Notes: generated by a model from the sequence alone, not told the origin. A stretch of DNA of 32,000 nucleotides from Candidatus Methylomirabilis oxygeniifera (GCA_000091165.1 FP565575.1:300001-332000); one strand, 5' to 3'. Numbered from the stretch's first letter, positions 1 to 8,309 are shown. A program made the numbers and translations.

Positions 1-360
1 CGGATAAGCGGGCTGGAACGGCACCTGCGACTGCTCAATCCGATTGAACAGATTCGAATGCAGCGGCGTTCCCTGACGGAGCGTTGGAAGGCCCTGACGG
101 CTCTCGCCGATCGGCGATTGACGATGCTCCACGGCGAGCTGAAGGCAGCCGTCGGCAAGCTGGATGCGTTGAGCCCGCTGGCGATCCTCCATCGAGGCTA
201 CAGTATCTGCCTTCGGCTTCCCGACCATGAGATTGTGAAAGACAGCTCGACGGTCGTTGCGGGTGATCTCGTTGAGGTTCGCCTCCATCGTGGCCGGTTG
301 CGGTGCGACGTCCGTGAGGTCCAGGCCCCTACACCCTACACCCTACACCCTACACCCTAA
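1..360 (+). CDS. xseA: Exodeoxyribonuclease VII large subunit, C-terminal part (5' truncated by window edge)
   Basis: Open from base 1; LDALSPLAILHRGYSI motif typical of the XseA C-terminus; directly upstream of xseB. Confidence 0.88.
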   Translation, partial: RISGLERHLRLLNPIEQIRMQRRSLTERWKALTALADRRLTMLHGELKAAVGKLDALSPLAILHRGYSICLRLPDHEIVKDSSTVVAGDLVEVRLHRGRLRCDVREVQAPTPYTLHPTP

Positions 361-379
361 CCTGTCGGTGGATGCAGAT

Positions 380-631
380 ATGGCGGACGAGGTACCATTT
401 GAAGAGGCTCTCAAGCAGCTCGATGCCATTGTCTCACGGCTCGAGGTCGGAGACCTTCCGCTTGAGGAGGCGTTATCGATCTTCGAGGAAGGGGTCCGGT
501 TAACCAAGTTCTGCTCGGCCCGGCTGAGCGAAGCCGAGCAGCGGGTCAATATCCTGGTCCGCAGCGCCGAATCCTCCTCCAGCAGATTTGAAGAACAGCC
601 GTTTGAGGAGGAGGGCGAGGAAGAGTTGTGA
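380..631 (+). CDS. xseB: Exodeoxyribonuclease VII small subunit
   Basis: MADEVPFEEALKQLDAIVSRLEVGDLPLEEALSIFEEG matches the XseB pattern; internal ATG at 380 of ORF 257..631. Confidence 0.93.
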   Translation: MADEVPFEEALKQLDAIVSRLEVGDLPLEEALSIFEEGVRLTKFCSARLSEAEQRVNILVRSAESSSSRFEEQPFEEEGEEEL

Positions 632-641
632 GGAGGAATCC

Positions 642-1580
642 TTGACGCCGGAAGAGTTGAGACGATACCTGGACGAGCGGCGGCTGCTGGTCGACGAGGC
701 TCTGGAGCAGTATCTTCCTCAGGCGAGCGACCCTCCGAAGGAGATCCATGAGGCGGTTCGCTATAGTGTCTTTGCAGGGGGTAAACGGCTGCGACCGATT
801 CTGATCCTGGCGGCGACAGAGGCGGCGGGCGGACAGATGGAACAGGCGCTGGGTGCGGCGGCAGCCATCGAGATGATTCACACCTACTCCCTGATTCACG
901 ACGACCTTCCGGCTATGGATGACGATGACTATCGCCGTGGGCGATTGACCTGTCATAAGGTCTACGGTGAGGCGATGGCCATTCTGGCGGGCGATGCGTT
1001 GCTGACGCAAGCGTTCATCCTTCTGTCGGCAGAAAACCCCCCGTGCCCCCCTTTAGCAAAGGGGGGGTGGGGGGATTTGAAGGGGGTGTATGATTCGGAG
1101 GCCCGCCTCATGGTGATCCGGGAAATCGCCGAGGCTGCGGGCAGCAAGGGGATGGTCGGCGGCCAAGTCGTGGATATGCTGCAAGAGGATCGGGAGATCG
1201 ATCTGCCGACGCTCACGTATCTGCACGAGCACAAGACCGGCGCCCTGATCCGGGTGTGCCTGCGCGTGGGAGGCATTCTTGCGTCGGCCGGATCGGAGCA
1301 GATGGAGGCCCTCACCCGCTATGGCGAGCGGATCGGACTCGCCTTTCAGATCGTAGACGATATCCTGGATCTGGAAGGGAGCCTGGAGGTCTTGGGCAAA
1401 CAGGCCGGAAGCGATCTCCGCAAGAAGAAGGCGACCTTTCCGGCGCTGCTTGGGATCGAGGAGTCGCGGCGATGGGCTCATCGATTGGTATCGGAAGCGC
1501 AGGAGGCCGTGGCCGTCTTTGGCGACCGCGGGGTGGCGCTGCAGGCGATTGCCGAGTTCGTTGTCATGCGCCGGGGGTGA
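642..1580 (+). CDS. ispA: Polyprenyl (farnesyl/geranyl) diphosphate synthase
   Basis: AGGKRLRPIL, DDLPAMDDDDYRRG and FQIVDDILD motifs. AGGAGG at 631-636 precedes TTG at 642. Contains an in-frame palindromic insert near 1033-1084. Confidence 0.92.
   Translation: MTPEELRRYLDERRLLVDEALEQYLPQASDPPKEIHEAVRYSVFAGGKRLRPILILAATEAAGGQMEQALGAAAAIEMIHTYSLIHDDLPAMDDDDYRRGRLTCHKVYGEAMAILAGDALLTQAFILLSAENPPCPPLAKGGWGDLKGVYDSEARLMVIREIAEAAGSKGMVGGQVVDMLQEDREIDLPTLTYLHEHKTGALIRVCLRVGGILASAGSEQMEALTRYGERIGLAFQIVDDILDLEGSLEVLGKQAGSDLRKKKATFPALLGIEESRRWAHRLVSEAQEAVAVFGDRGVALQAIAEFVVMRRG
1033..1084. repeat. G/C-rich palindromic dispersed element inside ispA
   Basis: CCCCCC-GTG-CCCCCTTT-AGC-AAAGGGGG-GGT-GGGGGGATTT; same architecture as 9600-9645. 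Confidence 0.8.
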
Positions 1581-1607
1581 TGGAACATCACGAACCCTGT
1601 CCTCAGC

Positions 1608-2492
1608 ATGGTCGAAGGATCGGTTCAGATGGCCCCATCGGTTGTTGACTGCCCAGCAGGTAGAAGAGTCAAGCGGGTCCGACTGGACCTTGCCGTGCAG
1701 ACACAAGGTCTGACGGCAAGCCGCGAGCGGGCCAGGGCGCTTATTCTTGCCGGCCAGGTGCTGGTCGATGACCGCATGGTGGACAAGGCGGGGACCCTGG
1801 TAGCGGAAGACGCGCGGATTGCGCTCAAGACCCCCGAACATCCGTACGTGGGGCGCGGGGGCGTCAAGCTTCACGGCGCGCTGGAGCAGTTCGTCATCTC
1901 CGTAACCGGTCGCGTCTGCCTCGACCTGGGCGCATCGACGGGGGGATTTACCGACTGCCTGCTTCAGCATGGTGCCGCTCGCGTCTATGCCGTCGATGTC
2001 GGACGCGGGCAACTCGACGTGAAACTCAGGGCTGATCCACGGGTCACCGTCATGGAACGAACTCATGCGCTTACCCTTCTACCGACCAACTTTCCGGATC
2101 GGCCGGATTTCGCAACCGTAGACCTTTCGTTTATTTCTCTGACCTCGATTCTTCCGGTTCTCCCCTCGCTGCTTGCTGATTCCGGTGACATCCTGGCGCT
2201 GATTAAACCGCAATTTGAGGTCGGCAAAGGTCATGTCGGGAAGGGGGGTGTCGTTCGCGACCCACAGGCGCATCGGCTGGTCATGACGAAGGTCGGCAGA
2301 CGAGCCGTCGAATTGGGGCTCCGGATCCTTGGAGCCGCCCCTTCCTGCCTGCTCGGGCCCAAGGGTAACCGCGAGTTTTTCATTCACCTCAGCAAGATTG
2401 GGACCGGTGTCACGCCGGAGGAAGCGGCCGAACAGGCCGTAAGAACCTGTCTGGGTGCTCATCCACCCTATACCCCAAACCCCACACCCTAA
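1608..2492 (+). CDS. tlyA: TlyA family rRNA methyltransferase / hemolysin-type protein (S4 plus FtsJ-like domains)
   Basis: RLDLAVQTQGLTASRERARALILAGQVLVDD, then YVGRGGVKLHGAL and CLDLGASTGGFTDCLL. The true start may be downstream of 1608. Confidence 0.9.
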   Translation: MVEGSVQMAPSVVDCPAGRRVKRVRLDLAVQTQGLTASRERARALILAGQVLVDDRMVDKAGTLVAEDARIALKTPEHPYVGRGGVKLHGALEQFVISVTGRVCLDLGASTGGFTDCLLQHGAARVYAVDVGRGQLDVKLRADPRVTVMERTHALTLLPTNFPDRPDFATVDLSFISLTSILPVLPSLLADSGDILALIKPQFEVGKGHVGKGGVVRDPQAHRLVMTKVGRRAVELGLRILGAAPSCLLGPKGNREFFIHLSKIGTGVTPEEAAEQAVRTCLGAHPPYTPNPTP

Positions 2493-2514
2493 ACCCTATA
2501 CCCTGAGGGGGCCT

Positions 2515-3369
2515 ATGAAACGGATCGGCATCATCGCCAAGCTCCATAAGCCGGAGGCCCGAGCTATTCTTCAGGAGTTGCTGCCGTGGCTTACGGCCAG
2601 GGGTGTGGAAGCGGTACCGGATGAAGAGACGGCCAAATTAGCCGGGATGGCCGGCGCTCAGCCGAAGCCTGATCTGCCCGGGCTGGTAGATCTTCTGCTG
2701 GTCCTGGGAGGCGACGGAACGCTCCTGTCGGTCGCGCGTCTGGCAGGGACGCGTGACGTGCCGATCCTGGGAGTCAATCTCGGCGGCCTCGGGTTTTTGA
2801 CCGAGGTCACACTGGAGGAGATCTACTCAACCCTGGAGGCTGTGTTGCAGGGCACCTATGAGGTGACTCAGCGGATCCTGCTGACCGCGACGGTCTACCG
2901 GCAGGGAGAGCGGATCGCCGAGTATGTCGCCCTCAATGACGCGGTTATTAACAAGGGTGTACTGGCCCGAATGATCGAGTTGGAGACCTACATCGACGGG
3001 CAATATGTGACGACCTTCCGCGCCGACGGTCTTATTCTTTCTACTCCGACCGGCTCCACCGCCTACTGCCTGGCCGCCGGTGGGCCGATCGTCTATCCGA
3101 CCCTTCGCGCCCTCGTCGTGACCCCGATCTGCCCTCATACGCTTACCCTCCGTCCAATTGTTATCCCGGACACTGCGAAGATCGAGATCGTCCAGAGTTC
3201 GACGGACGAGAACACCTGTCTGACCATGGACGGCCAGGTCGGATTTACTCTTCGCCACCGCGACGTGATCAAGGTCGTTCGCTCAGATCACACCATCACG
3301 TTGCTTAAGGCGCCCGGGAAAGACTACTTCCAGATCCTTCGCACAAAGCTGAAATGGGGCGAGCGGTAG
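2515..3369 (+). CDS. nadK: NAD kinase
   Basis: LLVLGGDGTLLSVARLAG, GVNLGGLGFLTE and TPTGSTAYCLAAGGPIVYP; ATG at 2515. Confidence 0.95.
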   Translation: MKRIGIIAKLHKPEARAILQELLPWLTARGVEAVPDEETAKLAGMAGAQPKPDLPGLVDLLLVLGGDGTLLSVARLAGTRDVPILGVNLGGLGFLTEVTLEEIYSTLEAVLQGTYEVTQRILLTATVYRQGERIAEYVALNDAVINKGVLARMIELETYIDGQYVTTFRADGLILSTPTGSTAYCLAAGGPIVYPTLRALVVTPICPHTLTLRPIVIPDTAKIEIVQSSTDENTCLTMDGQVGFTLRHRDVIKVVRSDHTITLLKAPGKDYFQILRTKLKWGER

Positions 3370-3372
3370 GCC

Positions 3373-5088
3373 GTGCTCCGTGAGCTGTGTATTACGAATT
3401 TCGCCTTGATCGACGAACTCCGTGTGGAGTTCGGTCCCGGCTTGAACGTGCTCACCGGCGAGACCGGCGCGGGGAAGTCGATCATCATCGATGCGTTGGG
3501 GCTTGCGCTGGGAATGCGGGGCGAGGCGGAGCAGATCCGCACCGGGACCGACGGGGCGACGGTGGAAGCGGCGTTCGATGGCTGCGATGAGGCGGCTCGC
3601 GGGCTGCTCGCCGAAAGCGGGATTGAGTGTCCGCCGGATGAGTTCCTGATCGTGCGGCGCGTACTCCTGCGAGAGGGCAAGAGTAAGGCCTACTTGAACG
3701 GCAGGCTCTCGTCATCGGCGTGGCTTCGGAGTCTCGGCGACCTCCTGGTCGACGTCCATGGCCAGCACCAGGGGGTTGCGCTGAGTCAGCCGTCCCGCCA
3801 GCGGCTGCTCCTCGACGCCTACGCCGGTCTGATAGGCGATGTGGCGGCCTTCCGCACGGTGTATAACAGGCGGCAGACTCTGAGGGCGGAACTGGACGCA
3901 CTCCGCGCGGGCGAGCGGGAGAAGGTGCAGCGTCTTGACCAGCTCCAGTATCAGCGGGGAGAGATCGCTGCCGCACGACTCATCGATGGGGAGGAGGAAG
4001 CGCTCGTTCAGGAGCGGACGATTCTCCTACACGCCGAGCGACTGCACGCAGCGGCGCACCTGGGCTACGAGGGACTGTATGGCGAGCAAGGCGCAGTGGC
4101 GGGTCGGCTGGCGGCGATCGTGTCCAAGCTGAAGGATGCGCAGCGTATCGATCCGAGGCTGCAAGGGGTAGTTGATGCGTGCGAGGCGGCCGTCGCGTCC
4201 ATTGAGGATGCCGCCGCCCAACTCAGAGACTATAGAGAGGATGTAGCCTTTGACCCTGAGCGGCTGGAGCAGGTGGAGGGCCGTTTGCATGAGATCGGTA
4301 AACTGAAGCGGAAATACGGTAGCTCGATTGCCGAGATTCTCGCCTATGCGACCTCGATTGACGAGGAGTTGCAGCGTCTCACGAGTTCAGAGGAGCGGGG
4401 TCAGCGGGTTGAACGGGAACTGGCGACACTGGACGAGACGCTCGCGCAGCGCGCGGCCGACCTCACCGCGCGCCGGAAGGCGGCGGCCGAGCGGCTGGCC
4501 ATAGCGGTACAGGAGGAGTTGCAGGCCCTGAAGATGGAGAAGGCGGTATTTGCCGTCCAGGTCAGGCCTCACCCTGGGTCCGATGGCTTCGCTCTGCAAG
4601 CGTACGGAGCGGACGAGGTGGAGTTCCTGATCACTCCGAATCCCGGTGAAGCATTGAAGCCGCTGGGCCGTATCGCCTCCGGCGGTGAACTGTCACGGGT
4701 GATGCTGGCCGTCAAGGCAATCCTGGCGGCCTCAGATCAGATTCCGACGCTGATCTTTGATGAGGTGGACGTGGGGATCGGCGGTGGGATGGCCGCAGTG
4801 GTAGGCCAGAAGCTCTTGGCTATCGCAGCAGAGCGGCAGGTCCTCTCCATCACGCACCTGCCGCAGATTGCGGCCCTGGCCGATCGCCATTTTTCGATTG
4901 TCAAACGCACCGACGGGCCCCGCACGGAAATTGCCGTCCAGGTGCTGGATGGTGAAGAACGGGTCCGCGAAATTGCCAGGATGCTTGGCGCCAAGGGGCG
5001 ATCAGACGCTCCCCTGCACCATGCTCAGGAAATATTGGATACCGCCAGTCGGTGGAAGGCTTCAAGGGCGCCAGGCGCTTCTACTTGA
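3373..5088 (+). CDS. recN: DNA repair protein RecN
   Basis: LRELCITNFALIDELRVEFGPGLNVLTGETGAGKS, VDVHGQHQ, and LIFDEVDVGIGG near the C-terminus. Confidence 0.95.
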   Translation: MLRELCITNFALIDELRVEFGPGLNVLTGETGAGKSIIIDALGLALGMRGEAEQIRTGTDGATVEAAFDGCDEAARGLLAESGIECPPDEFLIVRRVLLREGKSKAYLNGRLSSSAWLRSLGDLLVDVHGQHQGVALSQPSRQRLLLDAYAGLIGDVAAFRTVYNRRQTLRAELDALRAGEREKVQRLDQLQYQRGEIAAARLIDGEEEALVQERTILLHAERLHAAAHLGYEGLYGEQGAVAGRLAAIVSKLKDAQRIDPRLQGVVDACEAAVASIEDAAAQLRDYREDVAFDPERLEQVEGRLHEIGKLKRKYGSSIAEILAYATSIDEELQRLTSSEERGQRVERELATLDETLAQRAADLTARRKAAAERLAIAVQEELQALKMEKAVFAVQVRPHPGSDGFALQAYGADEVEFLITPNPGEALKPLGRIASGGELSRVMLAVKAILAASDQIPTLIFDEVDVGIGGGMAAVVGQKLLAIAAERQVLSITHLPQIAALADRHFSIVKRTDGPRTEIAVQVLDGEERVREIARMLGAKGRSDAPLHHAQEILDTASRWKASRAPGAST

Positions 5089-5113
5089 CAGGAGGGTGCA
5101 GGCCGTTTATAGT
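5085..5113 (+). promoter_or_regulatory. Sigma70-type promoter for rplU operon
   Basis: TTGACA (5085-5090), 17 bp spacer, TATAGT (5108-5113); overlaps the recN stop. Confidence 0.75.
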
Positions 5114-5145
5114 ACCGTACGGGTTAATATCCCTAACTTCGCGAG

Positions 5146-5162
5146 GGAGGCCGTCGGCCTCC
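5146..5162 (+). promoter_or_regulatory. Hairpin in rplU 5' leader
   Basis: GGAGGCC-GTC-GGCCTCC, perfect 7-bp stem between the promoter and rplU. Confidence 0.5.
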
Positions 5163-5201
5163 TTGCTCTGTTTAGTGGCGTCGATTGAGGAGGACTGAAT
5201 C

Positions 5202-5513
5202 GTGTATGCAATTATTGAGTCGGGAGGCAAGCAACGCCGCGTCAGCCCCGGCGCGCTTGTGACCCTCGAAAAGATTGAGGGTGAGGCGGGGAAACAAGTC
5301 GAGCTGTCGAACGTTCTGATGGTGGCTGACGGCGACCAGGTGAAGATCGGCGCCCCCTATGTACAAGGCGCTGCCGTCGTCAGTGAGATCGTCCGGCAGG
5401 GGCGTGGACCCAAGGTTATGATCTTCAAGTTCAAACGGCGAAAGCGCTATCGGCGCACGCAGGGCCATCGCCAGGCGCAGACCACGTTGCGAATCACAGA
5501 GATTAAGGGATAG
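5202..5513 (+). CDS. rplU: 50S ribosomal protein L21
   Basis: MYAIIESGGKQRRVSPGALVTLEKIEGEAG; FKRRKRYRRTQGHRQ; followed by rpmA. Confidence 0.97.
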   Translation: MYAIIESGGKQRRVSPGALVTLEKIEGEAGKQVELSNVLMVADGDQVKIGAPYVQGAAVVSEIVRQGRGPKVMIFKFKRRKRYRRTQGHRQAQTTLRITEIKG

Positions 5514-5591
5514 GGTAAAAGGTATAGGGTCTAAGGGTCAGGCTAAAGGATTTTTTCTATACCCTACACGCTAGACCCTCCACCCTGTATT
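5505..5591. repeat. Paired inverted heptamer array (rplU-rpmA gap)
   Basis: Left, 7 units 5505-5553: AAGGGAT AGGGTAA AAGGTAT AGGGTCT AAGGGTC AGGCTAA AGGATTT. Right, 5 units 5557-5591: CTATACC CTACACG CTAGACC CTCCACC CTGTATT. Confidence 0.85.
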
Positions 5592-5602
5592 TTGGAGGAG
5601 CA

Positions 5603-5857
5603 ATGGCACATAAAAAAGGGATGGGAAGCTCCCGGAATGGCCGGGATAGCCAAAGTCAGCGACTGGGCATGAAGGCTGCTGCAGGGCAGACCGTACCGGC
5701 CGGCAGTATTCTAATCCGCCAGCGTGGTACTCGCTTCAAACCGGGTAAGAATGTCGGGATCGGCTCTGACGATACACTGTTTGCCAAAGTGTCCGGAGTC
5801 GTCACGGTCGAGCACCGCGGAGGACAAGGTCGTTTCCTCAGCGTCATCGGCGGCTAA
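5603..5857 (+). CDS. rpmA: 50S ribosomal protein L27
   Basis: [45 protein letters not shown]. Confidence 0.97.
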   Translation: MAHKKGMGSSRNGRDSQSQRLGMKAAAGQTVPAGSILIRQRGTRFKPGKNVGIGSDDTLFAKVSGVVTVEHRGGQGRFLSVIGG

Positions 5858-5934
5858 TGGATAGGGTGTAGAGGGATAGTGTGGAGGTGTCAGGGATAGG
5901 TCCTTACTATACCCTACCCCCTATACCCTATTCT
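5858..5934. repeat. Paired inverted heptamer array (rpmA-obgE gap)
   Basis: Left 5858-5899: TGGATAG GGTGTAG AGGGATA GTGTGGA GGTGTCA GGGATAG. Right 5907-5934: CTATACC CTACCCC CTATACC CTATTCT. Confidence 0.82.
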
Positions 5935-5942
5935 CTCGTATT

Positions 5943-7007
5943 GTGATGTTCGTCGATGAGGCCCGCATTCGTGTGGAGGCAGGCGACGGCGGCCGGGGTT
6001 GCGTCAGCTTCCGGCGCGAGGCGTATGTTCCTCGAGGCGGGCCGGACGGCGGCGACGGCGGCGACGGCGGGAGCGTGTACGTTGTTGCCAGTCGTTCCTA
6101 TCGGACATTGGACGACCAGACGTACCAGCGGCACTATCGAGCCCAGAATGGCGTGCACGGACGCGGCAAGACCATGCACGGTCGGCGCGGCGCTACGCTG
6201 ATCGTCTCAGTTCCGCTTGGTACGGTGGTTGTTGATGACGAGACGGGAGAACTGCTGGGTGACTTGGTTGAAGACGGCGTGCAACTGCTGGTTGCCAGAG
6301 GCGGGAAAGGCGGTCGAGGCAATGCTCGCTTTGCCACCCCGACGCGACAGGCGCCTCGTTACGCCCAGCCCGGTGAATCCGGGCAGAAGCGCCGACTTCA
6401 CCTGACCTTGAAGCTGCTGGCCGATGTCGGTCTGATCGGCCTGCCCAATGCCGGAAAATCGGCTCTGCTGTGCTGTATTTCGGCTGCTCAGTCGAAGGTG
6501 GCCGAGTATCCCTTCACCACGCTGACCCCGCACCTTGGAACCGTCGAAATCGATTCACTGGGCGCCTTCGTGGTGGCCGACATCCCTGGTTTGATCGAGG
6601 GAGCGTCCTCAGGCGCAGGTCTTGGAATCCGTTTTCTGCGGCACATCGAGCGGACCCGCTTGTTAGCGCATGTCATTGATGTCTCCGACACTGCAAGGGA
6701 TCCTCTGGAAGCGTTATCGGTGATCGAAGAAGAACTCCGGGCGTTCAATCCAGAACTGCTGGAGCGCCCTCGCATCATTGCCGCCAACAAGATCGATCTT
6801 CCTCATGACAGGCATCTCTCTGTGTTGCGCGCGCTCTGCGCAGAGCGTGGTCTTCCGCTTTTTCCGCTGTCAGCCATGACGGCCGAGGGGGTTCAACAAC
6901 TCGTCGGACACCTGGCCGATCGGCTCCACGGGAATACGAGGCGCGATGCTCCAGGCGTAGAACCAGAGATCCAATTGAGGGGGGGTATAGACAAACCATG
7001 TTCTTGA
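5943..7007 (+). CDS. obgE: GTPase ObgE/CgtA
   Basis: FVDEARIRVEAGDGGRGCVSFRREAYVPRGGPDGGDGG; GLPNAGKSALL; start GTG 5943 or ATG 5946. Confidence 0.96.
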   Translation: MMFVDEARIRVEAGDGGRGCVSFRREAYVPRGGPDGGDGGDGGSVYVVASRSYRTLDDQTYQRHYRAQNGVHGRGKTMHGRRGATLIVSVPLGTVVVDDETGELLGDLVEDGVQLLVARGGKGGRGNARFATPTRQAPRYAQPGESGQKRRLHLTLKLLADVGLIGLPNAGKSALLCCISAAQSKVAEYPFTTLTPHLGTVEIDSLGAFVVADIPGLIEGASSGAGLGIRFLRHIERTRLLAHVIDVSDTARDPLEALSVIEEELRAFNPELLERPRIIAANKIDLPHDRHLSVLRALCAERGLPLFPLSAMTAEGVQQLVGHLADRLHGNTRRDAPGVEPEIQLRGGIDKPCS

Positions 7008-7018
7008 CTCTATACCCC
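6982..7018 (+). repeat. Hairpin spanning the obgE stop codon
   Basis: GGGGTATAGA (6982-6991) and TCTATACCCC (7009-7018), perfect 10-bp stem with 17-nt loop containing the TGA. Confidence 0.75.
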
Positions 7019-7045
7019 GCCTTTTAAACCCTGGCGAGCTGTCCC

Positions 7046-8197
7046 ATGAGTCGCGAAGAAAGATCCTCACCGGATGCTCGGGCCGCCGCGCGTGAGGCAA
7101 GACGACTGGTTGTGAAGGTCGGTTCTGCCGTCCTGTCCAAGGGCGATAGCGCCTTGCACCAGGCCACGTTGGAGCGGATCGCCCGTGAGCTCGTCTGGCT
7201 CAGGAAGAAAGGATGCCAGGTCGTTCTGGTCTCCTCCGGCGCCATTCTGGCAGGGATGGATCGGCTTGGGCTGACCGAGCGGCCAGGAAGCATCCCATTG
7301 AAACAAGCTGCTGCCGCTGTCGGCCAGAGCCTGCTCATGCGTCGTTATGAGGAGATCTTCGCGCCGTATGGCCAGAAACTGGGACAGTTGTTGCTGACCC
7401 AGGACGACTTTCGTTCGCGACACCGGTACCTTAATGCGCGCAATACATTATTCACGCTGCTCCATCTGGGCGTGCTTCCGGTTATCAACGAGAACGATAC
7501 GGTGGCCGTGGACGAGATCAGGTTTGGGGATAATGATCATCTTTCGGCGTTGGTGGCGACGCTGCTCGGGGCGGACCTGCTTGTCATTCTGACCGATCTG
7601 GACGGGCTGTATACGGCTGATCCGCGGAAAGATCCTGACGCGAGGCTCGTCCGTGAGGTGCCCAGACGGTCTGCGTCGCTCCACTTCTGGGCCGACGAGT
7701 CGGGGACCGGGCTCGGAACGGGTGGGATGGTCACAAAGGTGAAAGCGGCTCGCGCGGCGGCGGCTGCCGGCGTCCCTACCATCATTGCGAACGGGCTTGT
7801 GGAGGGGAACCTGGAGCGGATTGTCCATGGCGAGGCGGTCGGCACTCTTTTTCAGGCGTCAGCGTCCAGGATGCGGGGCCGCAAGCGTTGGTTGGCGTTT
7901 GCGACAGCGCGTCGGGGACGGATTACTGTGGATGCCGGGGCCAGGGAGGCGCTGATCCGTAACGGCAAGAGCCTTTTACCCTCCGGGGTCGTCTCGGTCG
8001 ATGGCGGATTTGAGGGGGGCGAGGTGGTGAGCCTCTGTGACATCGACGGCGCAGAGTTCGCGAGGGGCGTGGCAAACTATGACGCCGAACAGATGGAACG
8101 GATCAAGGGTATCAGAACCGACCAGATCGAGGATGTGCTTGGCGCCAAGCCGTTCGATGAAGTAGTGCATCGGGACAACCTTGTGATACTGGTATAA
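7046..8197 (+). CDS. proB: Glutamate 5-kinase
   Basis: RRLVVKVGSAVLSKGDSAL, QVVLVSSGAILAGMDRLG and TDLDGLYTADPRKDPDA; C-terminal PUA-like region. Confidence 0.95.
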   Translation: MSREERSSPDARAAAREARRLVVKVGSAVLSKGDSALHQATLERIARELVWLRKKGCQVVLVSSGAILAGMDRLGLTERPGSIPLKQAAAAVGQSLLMRRYEEIFAPYGQKLGQLLLTQDDFRSRHRYLNARNTLFTLLHLGVLPVINENDTVAVDEIRFGDNDHLSALVATLLGADLLVILTDLDGLYTADPRKDPDARLVREVPRRSASLHFWADESGTGLGTGGMVTKVKAARAAAAAGVPTIIANGLVEGNLERIVHGEAVGTLFQASASRMRGRKRWLAFATARRGRITVDAGAREALIRNGKSLLPSGVVSVDGGFEGGEVVSLCDIDGAEFARGVANYDAEQMERIKGIRTDQIEDVLGAKPFDEVVHRDNLVILV

Positions 8198-8201
8198 GAA
8201 T

Positions 8202-8292
8202 AGTGTTCAGTGTTGAGTTGTCAGTTGCGAGTTTTGAACTGGGGACTCGAAAACCGATACTGAAAACTGAAAATTTGGAACTTGGGAACTTG
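8202..8292. repeat. 13-unit heptamer tract with inverted symmetry (proB-proA gap)
   Basis: AGTGTTC AGTGTTG AGTTGTC AGTTGCG AGTTTTG AACTGGG GACTCGA AAACCGA TACTGAA AACTGAA AATTTGG AACTTGG GAACTTG. Confidence 0.82.
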
Positions 8293-8309
8293 ACCGTGAG
8301 GGACCCCAT

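Noticed and set aside
257-379. N-terminal extension of xseB as listed in the ORF track
   Set aside because: It lies in xseA and the heptamer tract, and the XseB family pattern starts at MADEV (380).
2466-2507. Telomere-like CCCTAAA/CCCTATA repeats suggesting a chromosome end or eukaryotic contamination
   Set aside because: The tracts are short, degenerate, internal, intercistronic and frequently inverted, within bacterial operons. A telomere or contamination explanation does not fit.
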